This document shows positions 37,786-52,103 of a stretch of DNA of 64,000 nt, piece after piece. Location: assembly GCA_964016885.1 (NCBI GenBank), contig OZ024748.1, forward strand, positions 53,382,001 to 53,446,000. The letters run 5' to 3'. How positions within the stretch are numbered: position 1 is the stretch's first letter; the number at the start of each line of letters is the position of its first letter. The notes below the pieces were generated by a model that was not told where the DNA came from, did not search any database, and was given only the letters and a program-made list of their open reading frames with translations. The DNA comes from Eledone cirrhosa (lineage: Eukaryota). The translations under genes were made by a program, and so were the position numbers.

Positions 37786-39779
37786 TACTTTGGGATTCTA
37801 ATGGATTTATTTATTGTTGCAGTTTAGCCCCCCCCCCCCCCCAGTTACTCTTTATTCAGCAGATCTATGATGAAAGATATTCCAACCATGACCAACCCAA
37901 CCCAACTTTTTTATTTCTTGTGTGCAGGAAATTCAGGATCTCATCATTCACTGTGTGTTTTTTTTAAGATAGTAGATGTGTATTTTGAGGCTGATATGGC
38001 TGTTATTTCTAACATTTAGAATGGTCACACCCCAGCATGGCCCCCACCCACGGGCCAAAACAATTAAAAATTAAAGAGTAGATCACGCTACCTTCTAGAT
38101 ACACCTATATATCCTTATGAAGCATTTTGTTGGTTGAATGCGCCTAGTACACTCTGTTAAGTGGTTGGTAGTCGGAAGAGCATCTGGATATAGAAAACCT
38201 GCAAAAAAAAATAGAATTTATGGGCAATTGTAGTCCTCTGACCTTTCTAGGGCAGTAACTTCATATAATAACTCACTTGAAATATACCAGCCCGTCCAAC
38301 CCATGCCAATATGGAAGGCAAACATAAAACAATGATGATGATATAAGTATATGTATTTATGCATTAAAAAAACCTGATGGTCATACTTGGATTAACTTTG
38401 ATCATATATTTGGTGGGTTAGGACTGCCCAAGAGGAGCTCAACAAAAACAACCCTGGCTATTTTTCACTATACACATGGCTTGTGCAGAGACACTGTACC
38501 TAGTTTCGTGTTTGAGTTATATTCAGTTCTGATCATAAAGGATGAGGGATATTTTTGACCCCTTTTGATACCAACATTCCTGAAATTGCCATTCATTTTT
38601 GATTAAAAAAAACTCTTCATTTCAAAATGCTTACACTTATAAAACTAAAAAGTAGGTATATGTGTTTATAAAGCCATACAGTGCTAGTGCGTTAGATTAC
38701 CAAGGTAACAAGTTGATGGCTTTCTTAACACACATATCCAATTTTCAGTTCATATTCCACAATTCTTCAAGCAAACTATCATACCATTTAGTTTTATATT
38801 AAAACCTTCCATCATTTTAGAGAGGTTTTTGATAAGTAATGTTTGAAATATCAGTTTACTAATGAAAGATTTAGTTATTTTATTAAATTCCTTTAAATTT
38901 TTGGATATTTTCAGAATTAATTGGATCACTTTGGAAACATGTTTCATTAGAAATGAAAGAGTTAAACAGATATATTAGACAGTGAGTACAACATAGAGAA
39001 AACAGATAAAACAAACAGTATGGAGTACAATATAATTATCTTCTCCATGAGACATCCATCTTGATTTGACATTTTAACTCTGGTCATGACATTTTTGTTC
39101 TTGGCACAATATGCTAAGTATTGTGTCCATTCATATGTTAATCTCACTTTAATCCACTAGTTTTTAAACTGGCCATATCTGGCCAGAATTCTCTCACCTC
39201 TTTCTGATCAAACTGGCCATAACTGGCCACTCATACTGATGTTAATGTATGGTTCCCAAAATAGATAACATCAAAATCTCATAGATTCGATATTATGTGA
39301 GGTAAAGCCTTTACAACAAAAAGGCAATAGTAAATATAGAATAATGTAATTACTATATTTCTAACAAAAGAAATTACCAATATTTTTCAAATAATTTTGA
39401 AAGACTTTCCAGATATTCAATAATACAACTCACCATCTCATGTGGATCTCATTTCAACATTTATCATTTGGGGATACCTCAGCACTTACACCTATAGTCC
39501 CACAAGAATGACAATGCCCCAGAGTTCAATATTATATGTAATATTCTTTACAGTGGTTTTTGTGTTACTCTACCCCAGTTATTGTAAGATGAGTGTCTGG
39601 GCAGTTGTGTAATTTATCAGCTTTGCCTACTTATTTGGATCATTCTCAGTTTTCAATGCAATCCACACAATTCATACTTTGCATTGACTGCTGGTCAAGA
39701 TATTGTTCCACACATCAGCCAGAATTGCCAGTAATTCCACTTTAACAGACACAAGAGAGACCATTTGAGATATCTTCCT

Positions 39780-40525
39780 CTTTGCCCACTTATTCCTGTG
39801 AGGGTCATGGAGGAAGAGTTCTCAAACACTCCTTCCAGCAGGTCCTGTCAGAAACAAGTGTCTCCAACTGATTCAGCTTGATCCCCAAGTGGGATCAGAC
39901 AAGTTCATTGATGTTATCCAACCATCTTACTCAGGTCTACTACTGGGTGTCTTGCTGGTTGGTTCTGCCTGTAAAATCTGTCCAGCGATTCTTTCCTGAG
40001 ACATTCTAAGCACATGCCTATAGTATCAGAGCTGTGATCTCTCAATTTCGAGAAGTATTAGCTTTTCCTGGGGTGACTCTCTGATCTGCAAGCTGCGCAC
40101 TCTATTGAGTAACATTACTCCAAATACCCTTCAGAGGAATCCCATTTCGGCCGCTTGTATTTGTGATTGAATTCTTTTGGTTACTACCCAAGATTCATGA
40201 CCATAGGTAAGGATTAGCATGATTATCGAATTGAAGATAGCAAGATTGGCTTTTACACCTACCTCCCTTCTTCTGATTATTGAATGCTGAAGTTGGTGCA
40301 TTACTGCAGCAGCTCCTGCAATTCTTGCACTTAATTCAGCCTCCTTCCTTCCATCACTCATGAACATGGTCCCAAAATATTTGAACTTCTCCACCTGCTT
40401 CAGTGGAACTTCATTCACATGCAGAGTGCACTGAGCAGGCCTTCTTGAGAGGACATGTATCTCAGTTTTCACAGCACTGATTTTCATTCTAGCCATGCTG
40501 CACTCGGCATCAAACATATCAAGTG
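39780..40525 (-). mobile_element. 5'-truncated RTE-clade LINE, RT C-terminus and 3' end
   Basis: MKISAVKTE, LKQVEKFKYFG, LTYGHESWV, IQAAEMGFL and IERSQL..HVLRM motifs typical of RTE ORF ends, with premature stops. Confidence 0.9.
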
Positions 40526-41289
40526 CAAGAAATATAGATATGTTATTTTTCCTCTCACACTGTTCTGTAAGAAATTGGGGTAAAGATGCACCTTCCTTTG
40601 CCACATAGCTCTTCCATGTAGACGTTTTGGTCGACCAGGTGATTCCTGTTAAGAGTTTATTTATTAGAATTTATATTAGCAAAAAAAATGTCTGGAATTG
40701 TATTCTTTGTCACTCAAATTTTTCCACCCATTCGTTCATTTCGCAAGGTGCCTGTATGTTGTTGTTACAGTTAATGTCATTAATCATTTCATTTAAATTG
40801 TTCAGAATAATGTTGCTATTTTCTGTCAGAATATCAGTTTTTTTTTTGTCCTTTTTTAAAGTTTTTTTTTGTTTTCTTGTTGTGAAATATGGATATTCTT
40901 CCAAGGAATTGAATATATTTTCTTTTCTCTCCATTTAATGTCTGTATAAAGTGAGTTTATTTTCCTTCATGCTTATGGGTTTTGTTTTCCTTCATTGAGG
41001 AGTTTTGCTGTTAATTTATGAGTGGCAGAAAATTGTTGTTTTGCAAATTAAATTATTTTTCCCCCTAATGGAGAAAACCATAGAAATAAATTACTACATT
41101 TTTTATATAGAGGGTCCTTATAAAAAAGTATTTTGCCATGTAATTTCTCTTGTAAAAATCCAAAATATTGCAAGTGAAGAGAAAATGCATCTGACCACAG
41201 CAAATATAAATAAATAAATAAATAATGGTGTCAGGAAGACACTCTGCAATAAATGGAATCAACACTGAAGGAAGTGGAAAAACACAAAT

Positions 41290-42100
41290 AATAATGGTTT
41301 CTGATTTAGGCAAATGGCCAGCAATTTGAAGTGAAGGGGAAAGTCAATTAAATCAGCCCCAGTACATTATTGGTTCTTTATTTTATAGAACCTATAACGA
41401 TGAAAGGTAAAGCTAATCATGACCAGATTTGGAATCAGAATGTAAAGGGTTGTAACTTAATGCCACAAAGTATATTGTCAGACATTCTACGAATTCTGCC
41501 AATCTGTAATAATTGGCACAAGGCCAGCAATAATACCAGTACATTACTGGTACTTTATTTTTCCGTAAGGATGAAAGGCAAAGTTAACCTTGGCAGGATT
41601 TGAACTCAGATAGAAAAGGGACGTAACTCTATGCTGCAAAGCATGGCGTCTGACCAACCCTCTACCAATACTGCCAATCCGTAATAATGGTTTCTGATTT
41701 AGACACAAGGCCAACAATTTAGGGGGAGGGTAAAGTCGATTAAATTGACCCCAATGCATTACTGGTATTTTATTCTTTGTTTTATTGACCCTGTAAGGAT
41801 GAAAGGCAAAGCTAACCCTGGCGTGATTTGAACTCAGAATGTAAAGGGCCGTAACTCTATGCCGTGAAGCATGTTGTCCAACACTCCATCAATACTGCCA
41901 ATCTGTAATAATTGTTTCTATTTTTGGCACAAGGCTAGCAATTACCCAGTACATTACTGGTACTTTATTTTATCGACCCCATAAGGATGAAAGGCAAAGT
42001 TAACCTCAGCGGGATTTGAACTCAGAATGGCAAGGGCCGTAACTCTATGCGTCAAAGCATGGCGTCCGACCCTCTACCGATACTGCCAATCCAACGCCAA
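41290..42100 (-). mobile_element. Head-to-tail array of four SINE family B copies
   Basis: Units at about 41290-41508, 41510-41681, 41683-41907 and 41908-42100, each with the GATGAAAGG.AAAG.TAA block. Confidence 0.88.
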
Positions 42101-42369
42101 TTCACAATAATGATAATAATATGGTAAGTCTATCATAATGTCTTGTGGTGAGGTAGGTGTATAGTTAAGTGAACTGACCCAGTATACGACTGAACCATAG
42201 CTTACCAATTCTTCAGAGATGAAAAGCAATCTTGGACCTGGCAGGATTTTGAAATCAAAGTGCTGAAAGACAAAAAATTTAATGTTCTTAGACACTTAAT
42301 GTAGTGTGCTCACTCAGAAAACTTCTGTCTCTCCCTATACTCACCCTACTGCCGCCACCCCAGGGATAA

Positions 42370-42405
<36 letters not shown>

Positions 42406-42450
42406 AAAAGAAGATGAATGATATCATATGTATATGCATGTCACACTCAC

Positions 42451-42485
42451 ATAAACCAGTCTAATAATGGATAACATAACAACTG
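42451..42485 (-). CDS. Candidate 35-nt small exon (QLLCYPLLDWF if phase 0)
   Basis: Minus acceptor AATTTTTCAG preceded by a T/C-rich tract, consensus donor GTGAGT; coding status unproven. Confidence 0.33.
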
Positions 42486-42548
42486 CTGAAAAATTGCGAT
42501 TTTATTCCAGTATAGGAAATGTGGAAAAATGTGAAACAAAGGAAGGAA

Positions 42549-42583
<35 letters not shown>

Positions 42584-42674
42584 AAATGTGTTGTAAAAGA
42601 AATAAAAAAAAAGGGGGATTGCTGACAAACAAACAAAGAAACAAACATAACAAACATAACAACAATAAATCTAA

Positions 42675-42706
42675 ATACTACTACAACTAATACTACTACT
42701 GCTATG

Positions 42707-42739
<33 letters not shown>

Positions 42740-43300
42740 GCTATGATTACTACTTCTACTACCACAACGACCACTACTACTACAACCACTACTATCACAA
42801 CCACCACCACTACTACTATTACTACCACAACCACCACCACTACTACTACTAATACTACTACTGCTATGACTACTAAAACTACTACTACTGCTAACTACTA
42901 CTACAACTACTACTACTACTGCTTCTACTACTACTACTGTTATGAGTACTACTACTACTACCACCACAACCACCACCACCACTTCTACCACAGCCAACAC
43001 CACTACCACTACTATTACTACTGCTATGACTACTACTACTACTACTACTACAACTACTACTACTACTGCTTCTACTACTACTACTGTTATGAGTACTACT
43101 ACTACCACCACAACCACCACCACCACTTCTACCACAGCCAACACCACTACCACTACTATTACTATTGCTATGACTACTACTACTACTACTACTACCACCA
43201 CTATGTCTACTACTACTACTACCACCACTATGTCTACTACTACTACTACTACTATGTCTACTACTACTACTACTACCACCACTATGTCTACTACTATGTC

Positions 43301-43333
<33 letters not shown>

Positions 43334-43557
43334 TATGTCTACTACTACTACTATGTCTACTACTACCACCACTATGTCTACTACTACTACTATGTCTACT
43401 ACTACCACCACTATGTCTACTACTACTACTATGTCTACTACTACCACCACTATGTCTACTACTACTACTATGTCTACTACTACTACTATGTCTACTACTA
43501 CTACTACTACCACCACTATGTCTACTACTACTACTACTACTATGTCTACTACTACTG

Positions 43558-43597
<40 letters not shown>

Positions 43598-43693
43598 TAT
43601 GTCTACTACTACCACCACTATGTCTACTACTACTACTACTACTGCTACTACTACTACTACTACTACTACTATGTCTACTACTACTACTACTAA
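42675..43693. repeat. (CTA)n/(CCA)n compound microsatellite
   Basis: Directly visible. Confidence 0.96.
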
Positions 43694-43909
43694 CTTATAA
43701 TGCACACATGCTGGGGTTTTTTCCTCTATTTTTCGCCTTTTTTCTTGCAAAAAAGATTAAATTGTTCAGCCATAGGTGGCCACAATTTGATGCAGTTTGG
43801 CTAACTTCTATCAGGAAACATTAATATTTCAAGAATGTCTTTTAATTGTCTCTTTATCAAAGAATTGCAACTTTGTATCCAGTCTAAGAATAAGGATATA
43901 TGTATGTAT

Positions 43910-44856
<947 letters not shown>

Positions 44857-45220
44857 TGTGTGTGTCTGTGTATGTAGGTATGTATGTAATGAAAAACAAA
44901 ACAAAATATGTATGTAAAAAAAACTATATATATCTATGTATAAAATTAATATATTAATTCCATTTCTCCCACCCGTCCATCTCCTTACCCACCCACTCCC
45001 TTCCAACCAGCCACCCACCTACCTGCCACCCACCCACCTACCTGCCACCCACTCACCCACCACCCATTCACCTAGATTCAAAGACATTCATTTTATTCTG
45101 TGTGGTAATCTTCAAAGACACTGCACTTTTCTTTGTAAATTTATGTTTTAATATATATATGTGTGGGTGTATATATGTGTATGTATATATATATATACAT
45201 TTATATATATATATATATAT

Positions 45221-45346
45221 CTACATGCACCATGTATATGTGTATAAATATATATATATATAGATATATAAGCAGCATATATCTATGTTGTATATCCATG
45301 CATTATATGTACATATAAATATATACATATATAAATATACATAACT

Positions 45347-45400
<54 letters not shown>

Positions 45401-45449
45401 TTGTATATATATAAATTTGTATATATATAAATATGTATATATAAATATG

Positions 45450-45481
<32 letters not shown>

Positions 45482-45768
45482 CATACATATAAATATGTAT
45501 ATATATATATATATGTATATATAAATATGTACATATATATACATACATATAAATATGTATATATATATATATATATGTATATATAAATATGTACATACAT
45601 ATATATATATGTATATATAGATATGTATATATATATAAATATGTATATATATATAAATATGTATATATATATAAATATGTATATATAAATATGTATATAT
45701 ATAAATATGTATATATATATAAATATGTATATATAAATATGTATATATAAATATGTATATATATACAA

Positions 45769-45821
<53 letters not shown>

Positions 45822-45850
45822 AATATGTATCTATAAATATGTATATATAA

Positions 45851-45881
<31 letters not shown>

Positions 45882-46110
45882 AATATGTATATATATATAA
45901 ATATGTATATATATACAAATATGTATATATATATTTATATATTTGTAGTTATGTATATGCATATATGTATATATTTATATGTACATATAATGCATGGATA
46001 TACAACATAGATATATGCTGCTTATATATCTATATCTATGTATATATCTATGTATATATCTATGTATATATCTATGTATATATATATACACATATACATG
46101 CTGCATGTAC
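45221..46110. repeat. Inverted repeat (45221-45355 and 45938-46110) enclosing a TA-rich array
   Basis: AAGCAGCATATATCTATGTTGTATATCCATGCATTATATGTAC is present as an exact reverse complement at about 45981-46023. Confidence 0.88.
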
Positions 46111-46619
46111 ATACGTATATAATAAACAATAACAAAGCCTTAACATAAAAATGAAACAAAGTTAGTGGGTAGGGTGGGGAGGTGCTATTTTTTTTTTATA
46201 TTTTTTATATATATTATTAATGTTATGTTATATTTTGTTTTTCCAATTTGTTTTCCTGCTCCATTTTTCATTTACTTTTATTTTTTTTTTATTTTCATAT
46301 TTTAAGTTTTTTTTTTACATATAATTCCATATTAATTTGCTAGACAGAACAGTTCTGTGCTTTATGCCATACTTTAAAAAAAATATCCATCATCATCATC
46401 ATCAACACCACCGTCATCATCATTATTATTATTTTATTATTATTATTATTATTGTTGTTGTTGTTGTTGTTGTTGTTATTATTTTGAGCATATTTCTCTT
46501 TTTCTTGATGATATAAGTAATTTGCATTGATAGATTAATGAAAAGCCCCCTCCCCCCCCCCCCACACACACACACACAAAAAACAAAACGAAACAATAAT
46601 AATAAAATAAAGGAATGCT

Positions 46620-47805
46620 CCACCACCACCACCACCACCATTAACACCACTACCTCCATTAACACCACCATCACAACGACCACCATCACCATCACCACCA
46701 ACACCACTAACACCGACCACCACCTCCACAACCACCCCCCACCACCACAACCACACTAACACCGACCACCACCTCCACAACCACCCCCCACCACCACAAC
46801 CACACTAACACCGACCACCACCTCCACAACCACCCCCCACCACCACAACCACACTAACACCGACCACCACCTCCACAACCACCCCCCACCACCACAACCA
46901 CACTAACACCGACCACCACCTCCACAACCACCCCCCACCACCACAACCACACTAACACCGACCACCACCTCCACCTCCACCATCACCACTAATACCGACC
47001 ACCATCACCACCACCACCACCACTAATACCAACCACCACCATCACCACCACCACCACTAATACCGACCACCATCACCACCACCACCACCACTAATACCAA
47101 CCACCACCATCACCACCACCACCACTAATACCGACCACCACCATCACCACCACCACCACTAATACCAACCACCACCATCACCACCACCACCACCACTAAT
47201 ACCGACCACCACCATCACCACCACCATCACCACCACCACCACTAATACCGACCACCACCACCAACACTAATACCAACCATCACCATCACCAACACCACTG
47301 CCACTAATACTGACCACCACCACCACCACCACCATCACCTCCACTAATACCAACCACTACCACCACCACCACTACTAATACCAACCACCATCACCACCAC
47401 CACCACCACCACCACCACTAATACCAACCACTACCACCACCACCACTACTAATACCAACCACCATCACCACCACCACCACCACTAATACCGACCACCACC
47501 ATCACCACCACCACCACCACTAATACCGACCACCACCATCACCAACACCACTGCCACTAATACTGACCACCACCACCACCACCATCACCACCACCACCAC
47601 CACCATCACCACCACCACCACCACCACCACTAATACCGACCTCCACCACCACCACCACCACTAATACCGACCTCCACCATCACCACCACCACCACCACTA
47701 ATACCGACCACCACCATCACCAACACCACTGCCACTAATACTGACCACCACCACCACCACCATCACCACCACCACCACCATTAATACCGACCTCCACCAC
47801 CGCCT
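46620..47805. repeat. CAC-rich array with a 49-bp unit (46705-46975) and ACTAATACCGACCACC units
   Basis: Directly visible periodicity. Confidence 0.95.
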
Positions 47806-47883
47806 CCTTCAATAAAATACATGCCAAAAAAAGCCAGGTAAGAAAACTAACCACAACAACAACAGTAGCAACAATAATATCCG

Positions 47884-47967
47884 AAAGATTCAATTCCTGA
47901 GTGGTTGGCCGAACAGTTAATGTGCCGGTTAGTTAATTTGTTCGTTAGTATACTTAGTAAGTTCTTT
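47884..47967 (+). ncRNA. mir-375: Pre-miRNA hairpin, miR-375 family (3p about 47937-47958 UUUGUUCGUUAGUAUACUUAGU; 5p about 47898-47919 UGAGUGGUUGGCCGAACAGUUA)
   Basis: The first 10 nt of the 3p arm equal canonical miR-375 (UUUGUUCGUU); the arms pair with G:U pairs valid only on +; UGUG at the apical junction (47921-47924); CNNC (CAGC) at 47973-47976; basal AAAGA/UCUUU pairing. Confidence 0.72.
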
Positions 47968-48012
47968 AGTGGCAGCAAGTGTAAAAGACTTTCATCTTAA
48001 CAACTGCAGCAG

Positions 48013-49023
48013 TGATGGTGGTCGGTGTTAGTGGTGGTGGTGGTGGTGATGGTGTTGAAGGTAGAGGCAGTGGTGGTGGTGGTGGTGGTGGTGGTGATGG
48101 TGTTGAAGGTGGAGGCAGTGGTGGTGGTGGTGGTGGTGGTGATGGTGTTGAAGGTGGAGGCAGTGGTGGTGGTGGTGGTGGTGGTGGTGATGGTGTTGAA
48201 GGTGGAGGCAGTGGTGGTGGTGGTGGTGGTGGTGATGGTGTTGAAGGTGGAGGCAGTGGTGGTGGTGGTGGTGGTGGTGATGGTGTTGAAGGTGGAGGCA
48301 GTGGTGGTGGTGGTGGGTGGTGGTGGTGATGGTGTTGAAGGTGGAGGCAGTGGTGGTGGTGGTGGTGGTGGTGATGGTGTTGAAGGTGGAGGCAGTGGTG
48401 GTGGTGGTGGTGGTGGTGGTGGTGGTGGTGGTGATGGTGTTGAAGGTGGAGGCAGTGGTGGTGGTGGTGGTGGTGGTGGTGGTGGTGATGGTGTTGAAGG
48501 TGGAGGCAGTGGTGGTGGTGGTGGTGGTGGTGGTGATGGTGTTGAAGGTGGAGGCAGTGGTGGTGGTGGTGGTGGTGGTGATGGTGTTGAAGGTGGAGGC
48601 AGTGGTGGTGGTGGTGGTGGTGGTGGTGGTGGTGATGGTGTTGAAGGTGAGGCAGTGGTGGTGGTGGTGGTGGTGGTGGTGATGGTGTGAAGGTGGAGGC
48701 AGTGGTGGTGGTGGTGGTGGTGGTGATGGTGTGAAGTGGAGGCAGTGGTGGTGGGTGGTGGTGGTGGTGGTGATGGTGTTGAAGGTGGAGGCAGTGGTGG
48801 TGGTGGTGTGGTGGTGGTGATGGTGTTGAAGGTGAGGCAGGTGGCAGTGGTGATGGTGGTGATGTGGTGGTGATAGTGATGTAGTGATGTTGTTGTTGGT
48901 GGTGGTGGTGTTGATGATTGGGGTGGTGGTGGTGGTATTAGTTGGTAGTGTTGGTGGTGGTGTTGGTGGTGGTGGTGGTGGTGGTGGTATTAGTTGGTAG
49001 TGGTGTTGGTGGTGGTGGTGGTG
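48013..49023. repeat. (GGT)n array with GATGGTGTTGAAGGTGGAGGCAGT units
   Basis: Directly visible. Confidence 0.95.
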
Positions 49024-49133
49024 ATTATGGCTGTAACATTGGCATATACTGCAAACAGTAGCTGAAGACTTAGTTATCTGCAAAGTAATGCAGCAGAGTT
49101 TAAAATCTTTAATTAATTCACCTTCCTTATCCA

Positions 49134-49212
<79 letters not shown>

Positions 49213-49615
49213 TGCGGCTGAAACTCGAGTCCGGGACCTATTACAGGCACCCATTTTACGTGTGTTGTGTTCAAGCAAATAACTATGTGTGTACTCTGGA
49301 ATGTATCTTACATTGCCTATTGAGTACGCTGAGATACAACCGGTACTGGCATTGATAAATATGCTGGGTCCGTCAATTCCTTATATATATATATATATAT
49401 ATATATAATCAGTTCCCGTCCCACCCCTGCAAGCAGGGAAAAAGCAGACGTAAAATGATGATGATGATGATGATATATATATATACATGTATGTGTGTAT
49501 ACATAATGTGTGTATACATATGTATATACATATGTATATATATGTACATGTGTATGTAAATATATGTATATATATATGTACATGTGTATGTAAATATATG
49601 GAGTATGAATATATG

Positions 49616-49646
<31 letters not shown>

Positions 49647-49710
49647 GTACATGTGTATGTAAATATATGAGTATGTATATATATATATATATGTATATGC
49701 ATATGTATAC

Positions 49711-49760
<50 letters not shown>

Positions 49761-49769
49761 TATAAATAT

Positions 49770-50480
49770 ATATTGTTATACTTTGGGAGGGTCATGTTGC
49801 CAATAAGAAACACACGCACCAGTTGCTTTCACACCAATTTATTATAAATTAAATTTATAAATTTAAAAATTTCCGGTTGGTTGGTTGGTTCCACAACCGG
49901 ACGGTTGTTCATATATTGTCAAAGTTCTTTCGTCACACATTATGTGACCTCTTCAGTGACTGGGGATTATTTTCTTTGTTTCTGTGCCTCTCCTCTGTTC
50001 TGTCCTACGCCATCTTGTTTGTGTGTGTGTTGTGTGCTTAGTTTGCGCATGTGTTACATCCGGGTGTGTGTGTGTGTTTATATTTGTTTATTTATTTGTT
50101 TTATTACATGTTACTGGTTGGTTGTTTGTTCTATGTGTGTGTGTGTTTTCATTTTGTCCTTAATTGTAAGTTGTGTTGTTGCTATTCCATTCATGTTTCC
50201 TATTTAAATTTGGTTGGAGTTCATTTATGTTTATTGCCTCTGTGATTTGTCTGAACATTGCGTCTTTTCTGTGTGTAGATTCTATTTTTATTTCTATGTT
50301 CTCTAATTTACCCTTATGTTCTATTTTAGCATGTTGGTGGAGTACAGATGATTCTATTCTATCTTGAAGCTGTTGCCAGTGTTCATTTATCCGTTCTCTT
50401 ATACTACGAGCTGTCTCACCTATGTACACTATATTCTGAAGAGGTCAACACACGTTTTCAGATAAAGAATCTTGCTAAAC
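49770..50480 (-). mobile_element. 5'-truncated Penelope-like retroelement: GIY-YIG endonuclease C-terminus plus 3' repeat with hammerhead
   Basis: ORF 50160-50429 YIGETARSIRERINEH...SVLHQH...H...RQITEAINI...PNLNRKHEW is a Penelope-type GIY-YIG domain; both ends lie in (TA)n. Confidence 0.92.
49918..49960 (-). ncRNA. Type I minimal hammerhead ribozyme in the Penelope 3' repeat
   Basis: Minus strand reads GUCA-CUGAAGA-G-GUCACA-UAAUG-UGUGAC-GAAA-GAAC-UU-UGAC: 4-bp stem I, 6-bp stem II, minimal stem III. Confidence 0.78.
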
Positions 50481-50494
50481 AAATTCAGAAACGA

Positions 50495-51214
<720 letters not shown>

Positions 51215-51215
51215 A

Positions 51216-51728
51216 TCATCATCATCATCATCAACGTTTAACGTCCGTGTTCCACGCTTGCATGGGTTTGGACGGGGGTATTCCCACTTGAGGCAAGAGT
51301 GATTGTCTTGCTCGCATAGGACTGTCTGGCGGGTTTTTTATGGCTGGATGCCCTTCCTAACACCAACCACATTTACAGTGTGGGTCTGGGAGGTTTTTAC
51401 CGTGTTGCCTACACGGCCACATTACAGCGTGGACTGTGTGTTTTTTGTCGTGACACCTACACGATCTCATTTGTTTCGGCCTGGATGGTGTTGCACCAAC
51501 ATAACTTTACATAGCAGGCGGTGGTGTGGATGGGGTGGGGGGGACGGGGGTGTATTTTGTTAGAGATGCCTACTGGCTGTAGTAGGTTTTACTATGTATT
51601 TAGGTAAGGCGGGTCTTCTCTATTACTGAGTACCGCCAAAGGTCTCGTTCCAGTGACATTGTCTTGGAGAGGTGTAAGTGTGTGAGGTCGGAGTTTATCA
51701 GCTCGTCCCAGGTTTTTCTAGGTCTGAC
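51216..51728 (-). mobile_element. RTE-clade LINE 3' end (ORF terminus plus 3' UTR)
   Basis: [14 protein letters not shown]...ERDLWR...* followed by a UTR containing GGTTGGTGTTAGGAAGGGCATCCAGC and CCCATGCAAGCGTGGAACACGGACGTTAAA..(GAT)n. Confidence 0.88.
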
Positions 51729-51739
51729 TATATATATAC

Positions 51740-51806
<67 letters not shown>

Positions 51807-52035
51807 TAAATATATATATATACATATATATATACATATATATATATGCATATATATACATATATAAATATATATATATATTTTATAAATATATATATTT
51901 ATATATATATATATATATAAATATATATGCATATATATACATATATAAATATAAATGTAATATATATATATATACATATATATACATATATAAATATATA
52001 TATATATTTATATATATATATATATATATATATAG

Positions 52036-52103
<68 letters not shown>

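Noticed and set aside
40530-40990. Lys/Asn-rich ORF 40710-40934
   Set aside because: Short, AT-driven composition, no recognisable motif; possibly a decayed transposon piece.
50436-50447. CTGAAGAGGTCA resembling another hammerhead start on +
   Set aside because: No stem II closure or GAAA follows; it lies within the antisense GIY-YIG coding sequence.
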